A stretch of DNA of 62,858 bases, counting the filler, from Rhabdomonas costata (Eukaryota): assembly GCA_019059605.1 (NCBI GenBank). It is 26 parts of 26 records of this genome, joined end to end, with 100 filler letters (N's around TTAATTAATTAA, not from the genome) between each part and the next. Parts side by side here need not be neighbours in the genome. Positions count along the whole stretch, not along the records: positions 24,217 to 26,538 come from JAHMHO010004055.1; positions 26,639 to 28,989 come from JAHMHO010004056.1; positions 29,090 to 31,410 come from JAHMHO010004057.1; positions 31,511 to 33,831 come from JAHMHO010004058.1; positions 33,932 to 36,251 come from JAHMHO010004059.1; positions 36,352 to 38,671 come from JAHMHO010004060.1; 20 more parts are not named here. One strand, given 5' to 3'. A program made the translations under genes and the position numbers. Below the pieces are notes generated by a model. That model was not told the DNA's origin, did not search any database, and was given only the letters and a program-made list of their open reading frames with translations. Within the stretch, counting starts at the first letter, position 1. Every line of letters begins with the position of its first letter. Shown here piece after piece: positions 24,217-36,800 of the stretch.

Positions 24217-25470
24217 GTTGTTTTGGTTGGCCTGTCGATGCTCTCGCTTGGGCTGGTCGGTGGGCTGACGTTTGGCGTGACCAAGGCTTGGAGCGAGGAT
24301 GTGATTGTGAATGTGGCGATGAGCTACTTGAAGCTGGCCTGTGCCACGGCCTCTGGGCGAGTGGAAGACTTTCTGACATACATGATGGACGGGACGAATC
24401 AGGTGGCGATGTACGCTTCGACGTCCAACATAAGCACTGGTTCGGGTGCTTTAGCCTTCTGCTCTATAAATTTATTTGTTTCGCTTCTACTTTTTCTCCC
24501 TTCTCTTGATTGCCGCACGAAGTGAGGCTGCTGGTTGATGCAAAAATTTGGATTCCATTAACTCACCATGTGAGCTCACATTCACTTTCACTTTCACTCA
24601 CCTTATCTTACATCTTCGGTTCCGGCTTTTGACAAACAACCCGTACCCCGAGACCCTGCGGCACGTCTTGATAACCCGGATGAAGAGCTATACTCAGTTT
24701 TTGGAGAATATGCCTGGGATGACCATTTTAGTGGGGCTGGGTACTGGGGAGTATGTGTCGGTCTTCTTGGACGCCATTTCCGGGCGGATGATATGGGCGA
24801 TCAGCTGCAATGACACTGGATACCATCCCATGACCTGGAATGCCACCGAGCAGGTGAAGGACTGCGAGAGCTGCCCAGAAACGGAACGTGACCTGTGGAG
24901 GAATGATGACTGGAAGAAGTTCTATGCCAACGGTTCTCTGGAAACCTACATCGTTAACATCTCTAACTCGGTGAGTCTTGCCTTTGTGAAGCGCGATGTT
25001 GAAACGTTTCTTCCCAAACTTTCATTGGGTCCTTGCTTTTTTAATGTGCGTCGATAAACTTTTCCCCTCCCCTCCTTTCAATGGGTCCTCTCGAAGGAAG
25101 GGATGAAAACTGAACATTACGTGCGATTTCACTTCGAGATACCTCCACCTTCACCTCAACCTTTGCAGTCCTGAGCTACACCTGTACTGGTGCAGTCAAT
25201 AGTCGGTCATAGTAATACAGCCACCGCAGCCACCCGTTCTTGAACGGATTCGTTCAGACGTTATACGAGGACGCCATGCACACCAGCTATTCTGTGACCA
25301 TGGGGCCGGCGTTCGTGTCGGACCTTCCCGACCCCAGCAAACCGAGCGGGAAGCGGCTCGTGCAGGCGTTTTCCATCATCGCGCCTGTGCGTCGGAGGGC
25401 TGGGGAGCCGATGTTTGCCGTCGCCTCCACTGTGTTGAGCGGAGAACGCTTTGTCGGCGTGCTCCAATCG
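24217..25470 (+). CDS. Receptor with N-terminal TM helix and Cache-like ectodomain (partial)
   Basis: Exons ~24217-24410, ~24625-24970, 25258-25470. TM VGLSMLSLGLVGGLTFGV, then helix RVEDFL, ILVGLGTGEYVSV, and SIIAPV...FAVASTVLS. First intron boundaries are atypical (see findings). Confidence 0.65.
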
Positions 25471-25965
25471 GTCAGCCTTTTTTTCTTCGATACATGTCGT
25501 GTGCGGAAACCTTTTCGCCTCAACTTCCACCCGGGAATGGTCAGAAAGTTTCAAATTGCAGGTAGCTGTGGCTGTAGTTGGTTTGTTCGGCCCTCTGGGG
25601 GGGGGTATTTGAACGAGTGAAGGAAGCTCTTTTTGTCGTTCTGGTGTGCTGCGTGCATTGTTTTTTCTTTTCCCTCATGTCCCCATCACCCTCAAAATCG
25701 GGCGTTGGAACGTCATCGCAGAAAGTTTGCCGTTTGTTTGTTCGTGTATTGTGCAATAAAATGGGTGCGGAGGAACGCGAGGTTTTTTTTTGCTTGCCAT
25801 GGCGCTTTAGCAAGCCAACCTTTAGGAAACCATCAGAGCAAGTGTGCGAGCAGCAAACCCGTTCGAGCCAAGGTTCACCGCTCCGCCTCCTTCCAGCAAA
25901 CGGCCGACCCCAGAATGGCTTTTTTATGCATTGCTCAATGACGGCACTCTTTCGGTCGGATCAGA

Positions 25966-26456
25966 TCAACCGGGAAGCACCTCAGTCATCATCTTTTCGA
26001 ATTCCGAGTACCGAATGCGGCCGTCCTTCCATGTGTCGAGTTCGCTGAACACCTGCGCGTGAACATAACAGCCGCAATTCTCCGACTTTCAGCGGCAGTA
26101 CAAAGATTCAAAGACTCACTCACGCAAGGGATAGAAAATTGGTCGAAACGGCGAAAAGCTTCTGATAAGCCGAATATGACCTTTTAAATCTGATAAAAAT
26201 ACCAACAATCGGACAACATTCAAAGAAGGGAGCAAAAAAAAAAGCAAAAAAGGCGAACCTCCTGCACGGTGAGCAGATCCACGTGAGGAGCCACTTCCGC
26301 AAAGGCGGCCGAGGTGTCTTCCAACGTCAAGAAACCCCTATTGTGGCGGTCGAAGGCAGTAAACACGGCTCGCACTCGATCCTGTCGCTCAAACACTGCC
26401 GACTTCTTGGCCATCAGGTTCAGAAAGTCCGCTTTAGAAAGCTCCACTGCCTTACC
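25966..26456 (-). CDS. EF-hand calcium-binding protein, EFCAB11-like (last two exons)
   Basis: Exons 26456-26259 and 26052-25966: VRAVFTAFDRHNRGFLTLED...AFAEVAPH...QE|VFSELDTWKDGRIRYSEFEKMM. Confidence 0.8.
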
Positions 26457-26638
26457 CTGAATAAAAACACCGCTTTAACGTCACCAATGCAACCGCTTCG
26501 ACGAGTGAAATCGATCAAAATAATTCAACACAAACACCNNNNNNNNNNNNNNNNNNNNNNNNNNNNNNNNNNNNNNNNNNNNTTAATTAATTAANNNNNN
26601 NNNNNNNNNNNNNNNNNNNNNNNNNNNNNNNNNNNNNN

Positions 26639-26765
26639 ATATAATATAATATAATATAATATAATATAATATAATATAATATAATATAATATAATATAAT
26701 ATAATATAATATAATATAATATAATATAATATAATATAATATAATATAATATAATATAATATAAT
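26639..26765. repeat. (ATAAT)n microsatellite, ~25 units, truncated at contig start
   Basis: Seen directly. The run is 127 nt long. Confidence 0.98.
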
Positions 26766-26816
26766 TCTGCAGCCAGAATTATAACCCCTAATCCGGAATC
26801 ATCGCTTCCTTCACAG

Positions 26817-28361
26817 CTGGGGTGAAGCGGGCCGACCTGGGCAACATGGCCATCATGCTCACCAACTTCCTCACCGCCGTCCTGGCGATGACCCTGGTGG
26901 ACCGCCTGGGCCGCCGCGTGCTTTTGCTGCCCAGCATGGCCGTGATGACGGTCTCCCTGCTGGCCATGCCCGTGGTGTTCCAAGCCATTGAGGCGGGCCA
27001 GCTGCCAACCTGGATGTGCTTTGTGCTGCTGTTTGGGTACATCGCCGGCTTCGAGGTGCCTGCAAGGAGAGAGAGAGAACAGCCTTCCATGCGTTCGTCT
27101 TGTGCGGCATCCCCAAGAAGGTTGCAGAACTAATTCGCCCAGTCGCAAAGCGGATACCGAAACTTTTTTTGAGGTAGTGTGCAGGCCACTTTTTACGATT
27201 GTGGAAAATCGTGTATAAAAAAAGAAACGGAGGTCCCCAAAAAAAACTTCGAAACACGTATAAGAAAGACGCACTTTTTCCCTTTTTCCGTAAATAATCA
27301 GCCGACCTTGTAACATGTGGTGAACCTCGTTGGATGCTTTGAATCTATTTGGAACCAGCTCTCCTCATTGCGTCTACCATGAGCGATTGTGTTCAGATGA
27401 AGACCGCTGTTCTGAGGTTCGCACCCCCCCCCCTCGACCACCCATGGGGTGCTTCTCACACAGCTTGGCCCGGGAACTCTCTTTGGGGTGATCCTGAATG
27501 AGATCTTCCCCGAAACTGTGCTCCCCTTCGGCTCCTCGATCATTGGGAACCTGTCCGGTATGCATGCCAGTTCCCTTTTTTGTTAGATTACTTGCTTGCT
27601 TGCAGCCACTACTACCTTTGAGACGATTCCCCAGCATGTATGGCTTGATATCACTTGCCCGACTCGGACCTTCCTTTAAATTCTCTGTCAAGAGACCAAG
27701 GCTGTCTGATCATTGGCCATCTCTGGTGCTGTCTCTCTTCACCCAAGCGGAATGGTTCTCACTGAAACCGTAAACAAGACCGTGAGCAAACCCCTGCTCT
27801 GACATCGGGCAGCCCACACGATGATGTCACATATCCTTTGGCACAAACCATTTGAAGCAACGGTCAACTTCAAAAGTGCCATCATGTCATATGGTATGCA
27901 GCCTGAGCCCGTCATAATTTGCCGCAACGTCTTTCATTCCGGAAGAAGCTCCGGCTTGCGCTCCAGCAGCATGAGAAACAAACAATCAGAGGAGGGGGGG
28001 AGGAGGAGGAACGACAGTAGTCAGAATTCCGTCCGATTCATCGAAGTTTCCAAAACAAATTGAGCACACACACAGCAGCCCAAGAACTAATATTCCAATA
28101 AAATGGAAGGAAGGCAAATCGGAGCGCTGTGGTGTTCTTGCCCCAGGGGTGCTTGCCCTGGTGACCACCTCGGTGTTCCCTGCAATGGAGCTCGCGTTTG
28201 GCTCCAGCGTGTTCTACCTCTTTGGAGTGGTGTGCGCTGGGGTGCTGGTCTACCTGTACCTGTGCCAGCCTGAGACGAAGGGCCTGACCAAGCGGGAGAT
28301 CGCAGCTCGCCTCGTCGACAGCCCCACGTGGATGCTCGGGGTGAAGCCCCATGACGAATGA
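26817..28361 (+). CDS. MFS sugar porter, C-terminal half
   Basis: Exons 26817-27055, 27464-27557, 28147-28361 in phase. Motifs LVDRLGRRVLLL, LGPG...NEIFPE and PETKG. Confidence 0.93.
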
Positions 28362-28381
28362 GAAGGGGACACCCCGAGAGG

Positions 28382-28383
<2 letters not shown>

Positions 28384-28417
<34 letters not shown>
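28384..28417. repeat. (GT)n microsatellite just 3' of the transporter stop
   Basis: Seen directly. Confidence 0.9.
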
Positions 28418-28419
<2 letters not shown>

Positions 28420-29653
28420 CAATGGATTAATTGCGAGAGTGCCTCATCATTCTGGCTCTGGCGGGATCCGAACTCCTGCGCCACCCCTCATTGCCACATT
28501 CCTCACCCAAAGAGAATGAGTGGAGGTAAGGAGGCCTGTCATATGATTGAGAAGGCCCTGAAACGGGCCAGACTGGTTCTGAGGGTGCATATATCGAATG
28601 GTGGTCGAGTGGTTGCTGTTCCTGGATGACTCCAGGGTGCTGACACACTGGAGAGCAAGGTGGGTGGTGTTCAGCAACCGGAACGATCCGGTGTGCGTAT
28701 GTGTGTTACCCGTGCCTCGTGGACCTGGAGGGGATCTTCTCTGACCTTGTCCCCATTACGGATCGTGACGTTCTCGAGCTTTCGCGTTTCTCAGACGTTC
28801 ATGTACCGTTTAATTTAAGCTGCCTGTCCGAGCAATGAGCCCATGATTGTGGGTCACAAGCCCTGGGGTCAATATTTTTAAATCGCTCAACGACACTGAC
28901 CTTTAACGTGCGGTAAGTGCAGGACGGCGTTGAATGTTTGTTTGTTTGTTTTCCTGAGTTAAACGGTCATAGTTACAGCAAAACAACCCNNNNNNNNNNN
29001 NNNNNNNNNNNNNNNNNNNNNNNNNNNNNNNNNTTAATTAATTAANNNNNNNNNNNNNNNNNNNNNNNNNNNNNNNNNNNNNNNNNNNNGTGTTGGGTGT
29101 GGTTGGTTTGTGTGGGAATGCCGAGGAGGCCCACTGCAATGTTGAGGGAAACCGGGAGTCTGAACGGCAACCCCCTTTGTGAGGGATTGAGGCGGGGGAC
29201 GAACCCTCGCTATGCTATTGGATTTGGAGGAGGGGAGAATCGAGAGCTCCCACAATTCAGGGAATTCAGGGAGAACGCGATGCGGCCCAAAATGCTTTCA
29301 ACCAACTGTGGTGCAGCGGTGCAGCAGGTGGAGAAAGTCTCAGTTAATTCGGGTTTTGCGGCGACATCTTGCTCACACATCTTGCTCAAAAGTCTCTGCA
29401 TGCCCCCGTTACGGACCAAGTCCTGCTGTGAACCGTGAGCTGCGTGGGCATCTTCCCACTTTTTACCCCATCCCCAAACGCATCAAAACCACCTCTACAC
29501 ACGCCACAGGATTTCAATGTGTGAATTTCTCATTTTGCTACCTCAGCCTTTGCAGGGCGGGGTTCGCGTGGTCACACCTGAGATAGTTATTTCTCGATTT
29601 TTGCAGTGGGATCAGTTTCCGGTTTTTGTTGGGACTTGCCTTTGCTCTTTTTC

Positions 29654-30439
29654 ATGGCCTCTTCAAGCACCCTCAACGATTCCTCGGGGAATGGCACCCA
29701 GCCTTCCCATCCCGTTGACGTGCCCAAGGAGGGTGAGCTGGGTGCCTCCTGGCCTGGGACAAGCCTCTTGCCGACCTATGTCTGCGTGGAATTTCCTGGT
29801 GCGATGCAGTTTGGATACCCAACCCAACTTTTTATCTCAAGATTTCTGCGCTCTGGAAACATGTGCCCGGAAAAGGACATGAGTGGAGAGGGGGCGGGGT
29901 TCGTCTCGCGTTTTGGATTGCGTTTAGGCTCTTTTGCTTTGGGGATCCAGTCGTGTTCGTCAGGACGCAACTGCTGAGGTGTGATTTTATTCGCAGGGTA
30001 TTTCAGAGACCCTGAGTCTGCCCTGCAACGCTTGGGCGGAATAAGTGCGATTGAAGAGGTGCGTTTGACCGACTCATTGTATTTGCCCCCCCCCCTTTTT
30101 CCTTTGTTGGTCCCTTCTTTCTTCGTCATGGGATGTGCACCGCTCTGCGTGATTGTTGTGTTGCGGTCACGTGTGCATTCAGTGTTCCGTATCATTCACT
30201 CGTCCACTTGTCCACTGCCAATGGGGCAAAGTTGGTTCGTCTGTTCAAATGTTATTTGTGGTGGCGAAAAATCAAGGCGAATCCGCTTTCCACTACAACT
30301 CATCGCTCTCTTCCTCTCTCGCGTTGGGCAGTGCTGCAGTGGAAAGACCAAGATGCTGGGGTGCCGCCTTCGCCCGGACGACCCCCTTGCGCACCCCTTG
30401 TACGGGGACAAAGTTCAGACCTGCAACCTGCTGGTGAAG
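29654..30439 (+). CDS. GTF3C5: RNA polymerase III factor TFIIIC subunit tau95/Tfc1, N-terminal exons
   Basis: Exons 29654-29798, 29997-30058, 30332-30439: VCVEFPG|YFRDPESALQRLGG...LRPDDPLAHPLYGDKVQTCNLLVK. Confidence 0.85.
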
Positions 30440-31510
30440 GTTCCTATTTCCTTCCCTTCTCTTCCCTTCCGCGCTTCTCCTTTCTTCACTTTGCTCTTCG
30501 TGCGAGGGCGCGTTCATTTTTGAGAGCGCAGGAAAGCCTGCAAGACAAGTACCCTTTCTTGCTACATGAAGACTTCCTCTTGGAGCGGCGAGGATAAATA
30601 CCTGGTCCTTCGACTGTTGAAACGCCATCAGGGTTTTACCATCCATCTTCACTGTAACCTCGTTCGGATCATGGACATGGACATGGACATGTCGAAGTCG
30701 GCAGCGGAATCCCCATTGGGGCATGTGATTCTGCTTTTCAGGTGTCGGGCGTTGAAAAAATATTGGGGTATGCTCTCACACCCCGAAGGAAGGAAGGAAG
30801 GAAGGAAGGAAGGTACGTGTAAATCACCTCCCGTGCAGTGGGGTAAACTTCGCCCGATTCCCGAGTAATGCCCCCTCATACGCACCTCAAGGCGAGAAAC
30901 ATCCATTCTGTGTGCCACCCATTTTCCAAATTAGAGCATGACTTTACCACAGCGATTTTGGGCATTCCGGGCTTTCCGGGCTGGTCCAGGCGTTGGGACA
31001 TTGGCCGGCGTAGGGTGGGCCGTTTCCACCTCCGCCATGGATGCTCCCCCATCCGACTTCGGATTAATGTGACGACCCGCAACCAGGAGCCGTCCGTGGC
31101 TCAGATTCGGGGATAAGGAAAGGGAGAAATGGAGAGAGGGGCGGTGTAGAACACAAGGAATACATGTGCGCCACCATGCCATCACACATCCCATCGAGCT
31201 GAAATTTCTGATTATTTAGATTGTACTTCGTCGAGTTGCGAGTATCCCCTTCGAATGAAGACTTCAGTGTGGTTTCGTTTTGTAGGGGCGTCTCCATCAA
31301 AAGAGACTCGTGTCGATCTTCCCCTTCCCGCAATCCCATGCACAGGTGAAGAGGCGGCGACTGCAGGGCGCTGCCTCGGCAGACTCTAGCCGCCCTTCGT
31401 GCACCAACCCNNNNNNNNNNNNNNNNNNNNNNNNNNNNNNNNNNNNNNNNNNNNTTAATTAATTAANNNNNNNNNNNNNNNNNNNNNNNNNNNNNNNNNN
31501 NNNNNNNNNN

Positions 31511-31637
31511 AAACCGCGCGTCCGTCTGCGTTGTGGTATCCAATTTCTCAGCTTTTCGAGAACAATAAAGTCTCGCACCGCAAGGAACTTGCTCAATCAA
31601 GGCCTCTTGGGCGTTTTCCACATATTTGGTCTTATTA
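31511..31637. repeat. 127-bp direct repeat at both ends of the contig (second copy 33705-33831)
   Basis: Copies differ at one position (T31556 vs C33750), implying a 2194-bp circular or tandem unit. Confidence 0.95.
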
Positions 31638-31709
31638 AGGATGGTTCACGACATTGAAGGGAGCAACATTTCGATGGTTCAGAAATTGAGGTGCCAGCGG
31701 CAATACAGC

Positions 31710-32500
31710 GCAGGAAGCAAAGCCACCGGGCCATACCGAGGTGGAAGTCCCTCAGTATGATCGAGAGCGACCACATCTCCGAGGGAGCGGAAAAGCGCTG
31801 GAGGTCGGACGGAATCATGGCGACGGCGAGTTGCGGAAGGTGCGCCGCCACAAACGCTGATGGAAGCGCGGCACAGCCCGAAACGCGGCCCATGTGGACG
31901 CGGAGCCACAGTTGTGCGGCAAACACCGCACAGTCCCCGGAACACGTGGGCGGACAGCCGCAGACTATGTGGAGGTCGGTTTCGAGAGGAGACCCGCAGC
32001 ATGGGCAGGGTGGAGGAGGTTGACGCGTGGTACTGGCGTAGCGGTCCAAGGTGACCAGGGCCCGAGAGCGCGCGAGTACAACCCACATCAGCACCCGGTT
32101 GTCGGCGGCGTGCACGAAGGCGCCTCATTCCACCGTGGGGCATTTGATTATGTGCACCGAGGTGGGCCAGTCAAATTGCATCCCCTCAGGGTACAAGGTG
32201 GCGAGCCACCAGCGGCGCCGCGAGGCGAGCGCGCGATGGTCTTCCCACAAGAGGGCCGAGAAGGCCCCTGGTCCCGGGAGTGGGCAGCGAAAGGGGGGCC
32301 GCCTGGGATTGGCGTGCCCGCCGCGCGTAGTGGAGTCCACCGCGGGTGTTGCCGTGGATGGCGTGGGTAAGGCGGTTGCGGGCGCAACGGGAGAGGGCCC
32401 ACATGGCGACGGAGACCAGGACCAGGCGCAGCAGGAGAGGGAGCAATCCGCCAGGGCCCGCCAACACACAGGGGCCCCCGGTGCCGTGGTTGGACTCCAC
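31710..32500 (-). mobile_element. Non-LTR retrotransposon ORF2 C-terminal fragment, inactive
   Basis: CPCCGSPLETDLHIVCGCP is a LINE-type CCHC zinc finger. One in-frame TGA at 32125-32127. GC-rich block with sharp edges. Confidence 0.65.
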
Positions 32501-33831
32501 GTATGATATCATAATTGAAGGCAAGCTGTGGGGACGTACGTCGTGGAGGAAACGCTTTAAAACTTGTGGTGCCTTTATTTTGTCCGAACAGGGATCAAGA
32601 TCATTTGCTTCGAGCCATGGTCCGTCACGGTGAAAACCTGGTTGAACGTCTGACCTTGTGGTGCTGTTTTCGGCAGATTGTCGAATCTATGGCCGATGAT
32701 ATCAGGAAGTGATGCTTAGCCTTTTCCTGCTTGCACGCCGCAGAAGTCTTGCAGGAGCGTCGCCACAGCCTCCGGAGCATAACAATACAAGCGGTACATT
32801 TGATGTATACCATGGTGCTGAGAAATAATCTCCGTGATTATTGCTTTGTGAACGATGATGCTGTCGTTCTCCCAAAGGCAATTGTGGAAACAGATTGGAC
32901 CACTGATTGTTTCAGAGCCTCAATGCGGTATTAATTCCATATCAGCGTGGCAAAAAAATAGGTCGCTACAACTGAGGAATGGGTTCCGCAGTCAGGGCTG
33001 GAAGTAGACTTTCTGTTTCGCCAGTAAAACGTGCAAACGCGTCGGCGGCAATACCGACAGTATTTCCGTAATGCGGGCGATTGCCAACGGGCTGTACCGC
33101 GGCATTTTTTCAACTAACCCACTTGGGCCGGCAGAATTCCAAAATACCGGGCTGAATTGCAGGTGTGGTTGTGATCTTCTAAGAATATATTGCCTCCGGC
33201 CATCCAACCTTCCCCAAGTGCGCGCGGGTACTTGCGGGTCAACCTGTTGGTGGGCGGGTGTTGGTTTGATGGTCCTGGTTGGGAAAGCATTATCAAGTGG
33301 TAAAGTACCATCTTTGGAAGCCCGGCAGCGGAACGAAACTGAAGAGCCGGCATGTTCTGCAGAAGCAAACGGTTAAGGCATAAAACCTGGAGGAAGAAAG
33401 TAGGAAACTGAGCTTAAGTGTTTGGGGTACGTCTTTTTGACCATGTTGAAATCCGCCTTCGTTAGGCGCTGTGTGCAATAATGTCCTGTTCTGTTGATGG
33501 CGCAGATGTGGTTAGTTTCTGTGTGGTTTCTGGGCTCTTTTTGGCGTGTTGTTTTTTGAATGCTTTTTTCTGCCTTAAAGGCTGCACTAATTATAAGCCC
33601 AAAGGGCGATTCGATTAGGGAGTCAGAGCAGTGCTGAAGTCCAAAACGATGGAAGATGGTAATTGTCGTGGGGACGGCTTCGACGCTCCGCACGTCTGAA
33701 TCTGAAACCGCGCGTCCGTCTGCGTTGTGGTATCCAATTTCTCAGCTTTCCGAGAACAATAAAGTCTCGCACCGCAAGGAACTTGCTCAATCAAGGCCTC
33801 TTGGGCGTTTTCCACATATTTGGTCTTATTA
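32500..33831 (-). mobile_element. Heavily eroded Ty3/gypsy-like pol remnant (RT, RNase H, integrase), continuing through the terminal repeat into 31638-31710
   Basis: Ordered remnants across frameshifts: GHYCTQ and VPQTLKLSFLLSSSRFY (RT end), EAIYS*KI and ARITEILS (RNase H), IVHKAIITEIISQHHG and LPKTAPQGQTFNQVFTVTDHGSKQMILIP (integrase). Confidence 0.6.
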
Positions 33832-36800
33832 NNNNNNNNNNNNNNNNNNNNNNNNNNNNNNNNNNNNNNNNNNNNTTAATTAATTAANNNNNNNNNNNNN
33901 NNNNNNNNNNNNNNNNNNNNNNNNNNNNNNNGTTTTTTGGTTTCTCTGTCGTGCTCGCGCTTGTGCCATGCTGCTCTCGTCTCTGCACTCGAATTTTTTT
34001 AGGTGATGGCTTTTGTACAGAAATGCGTGGGTGGAGAGAAGGGGAGGAGACGAGAGGAGAGGGAGGGGAAGGGAGCAAGAGGGATTCGCTCATAGACTGG
34101 CAGGTATGATTATCTGTATGTGCGTGTGCGTGCGTCTGCTGCTTGGCTGTGTGCTTTGGCCATAAGACCGCTTGCTTTCTTTGGCCGAAGACCCGAAGGG
34201 AGGGGAACCGGTGGGGCGACCGGATGCCGAGGCTTGTACGGAAGCGTTCGGTTTCGACCTTTGACTTCGTTGCTCGTCCCTTCCCCGTAGGCACCTCTTC
34301 TCAGATGGAGTACTGCGCATTTCGAAGCTTCTCTCCTCTCATCTCAGTTCCTCTCCTGCGAAATGAGGGCAACCGATGGGAAACTTGAAAGAGAGGGATG
34401 GAGACGGCATATGTGCATCAGCGAAATCCATAGAAGGGGTCGCCCGTGCCCTGTGCCGGGTTTGGTTGAATTCCTCCGGATGGAAAGGGGGATGGGAAGT
34501 TTTTGAAGAGCTGTGCCTGAGGTTGCTGACGGTCTTCACTGCTTACCCACACCCCCATCTCCACCGACCACTACCACCGCCACCACCTCCATCGCCCCTG
34601 TTGCATCAGCGGTGGGTGGTGGGGTTTGCAACCGGTGGTTAGCCCTCCGTTACCTCCGGGGATCAGCTCTGCTCGACGCGCTGCTTTTTTTCTTGGATTG
34701 GGGGGGATGCCACCGCCGACGGGCACCCGCGTTTGTTGTTTAGTTCTTCTTTTCTGGAAAGGGAAGGAGCGAAGGAGTAGAGTTGGGGGGAGGGGGAGGT
34801 GCCTGAGACGAGACTGGGATGTGCCCATTGTGCCACCTTGCAGAAAAAAATTCGAGAGAGAAAGAAGGGAGGGCTGTGCATTCAGGTTGTGTGTGGTTAC
34901 AGGAGCGATAGAGAGTGTTAAGAGTGAGTGAGAGAATCAGAGAATGTCACATTTGGACGCTCGTGACTGCCACCGTGGTGTGAGTTCGCGTTGCCCTCTT
35001 CCTGTGGGGTTGCGCTGCATTCCGCTTTGCGCAGGGGCGGCCGAGAGCAATCATACACGAAATGATTGACAGAAACTCAATTTAAAAATGATCGTCTCCA
35101 TAGTAAAAAAATGGCAAATAATTCCAAAACTTTCTGGCACTCCTTCCCCGAGGCCTCTTTTTGACCCTAAGTCCTACCCCTGAAAATCCTTCTAGCACCA
35201 TCCCTTGCTCGCTTGTGATGTCTCCAGGAGGCCAACAAAAAGAGTCGGATTTAATGTAAAACTGCCAAAATTAAGAAAAGATTAGTTTTTTCAATTCCAT
35301 TGAAATCGGGGGGTTCAGCACTTAACTTTAAGCAATGTCAAACCGCTTTGGGTATTAGCACAGGTGGTGAAGGCCAATCCATGGTGCGGTCTCCACCACG
35401 GCTGAGACCGGGACGTCACCTGGCATCGGGTGATGCTACGCTTTGCAGTATCAATAATTCATCAAGCGTCACGGACATCCTGCTAGACATATGGCTGTTG
35501 AAATGATTGGCATCCTTTCTCAAACCGCCGTGAGTGACCCTCTTGCAGGACCCCTGTGGTGACTTTCGTCCACGGGCACAGTAAGGGCATTCAGAGCATT
35601 TGAGGGCGCCAGATGTCACCCACTACACCCCCAGCGTGTGTTTGTGTGAGTCAGTAATGATGGCATGGCATGGGGTCCTGAGTTGAGCTTTGCTGGATTG
35701 CTGGGAGGAGCTTTTGCTGTGAAAGACGGTGTGAGGGGATTTTTAGATCCCATGGGCCCTTGGAAGCCAATGCAGAAATTTTCCTCCCGTGCTTGCTCCT
35801 GCTTTTATGCTCCGGAACTGTTTTTTTGCGCGTTGCAGAGTTCCGTCTCCGCCCAACTTCCGGGAAGCCGACTCGCCCACAGCCTTTGAGAGCGCCCTAG
35901 AGACCTCCTGTCCCCACTCTCCCCCTTTTTCTGTGCCGCGCTCCCACCTTTTTCTTTTCCGTTTCCCATCCGTTTTTGGGCCTGCTGAGTGGCGGTGATG
36001 ATTATCCTGCTCCCAATTAATTCCCATGGTTGTCATATGCTGATTCTCAGGCAACAACAGCATCTCCCTAATTATGTGGTTCTGTAAACGGGTAGAGGTC
36101 CTGCCTCTTGGAGGGGGGGGCTGTATAGATTCCCCAAGCCCAAGGACCCCCTCCCCAAAAAAGCCAAACTGGTGCATTATATTGGCCTGATGACCAGCGA
36201 TCCTCGTTTTACCCATGGTTATATCGCTCAACTTGCCAGCCACCCCACCACNNNNNNNNNNNNNNNNNNNNNNNNNNNNNNNNNNNNNNNNNNNNTTAAT
36301 TAATTAANNNNNNNNNNNNNNNNNNNNNNNNNNNNNNNNNNNNNNNNNNNNGGCCTGGGCGCTCCCCGCGCCGGGGCCAGCGCGGGGGCCTCGCTGAGCT
36401 CCATGAAGAGAACCACAGCGAAGAAGGCCGAGTAGGGGCAGCGGGATCTTTGCAGAGCTCCATTTTTGTGGAAGGGGGTTCGCAGAGGTTATGTGAATAG
36501 AGAGAGCGCAGGGTTGGGGGCGAAAGGTTTCAGACTCTGGTTGAAAGCAGTAGTCGATAAATTTCTCAGAATCTTTCCCCAAAGCGTTTGCACGCCCCGT
36601 GTCGCGGAATGCCTCAAAAAGGTGAGGAGCATGCTGTGTCAACTCTCGAGCAACAACCCCCTCTCTATTAAGCTGTGATTATGTCGTTGGTTCCGATCCT
36701 CTCACACGGGCCTGGTCTGTGCCAGAGGACATTTGCTGAAGAAGGTTTTGGGGGGGATTGGGATTGGAGGGATGCCTAAGGGGTCAGTGGTCGCCTCAAG

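Noticed and set aside
26591-26790. (YYIIL)n repeat protein in the ORF track
   Set aside because: It is the translation of the (ATAAT)n microsatellite.
31511-33831. Terminal 127-bp repeats as LTRs
   Set aside because: They lie inside RT-derived sequence, lack TG...CA ends, and equal a likely assembler k-mer overlap.
34536-34592. Ras-like P-loop MEVVAVVVVGGDGGVGK on the minus strand
   Set aside because: It arises from a (GGT)n-like tract, is followed by Q-stop, and I found no downstream exon with G2-G5 motifs.
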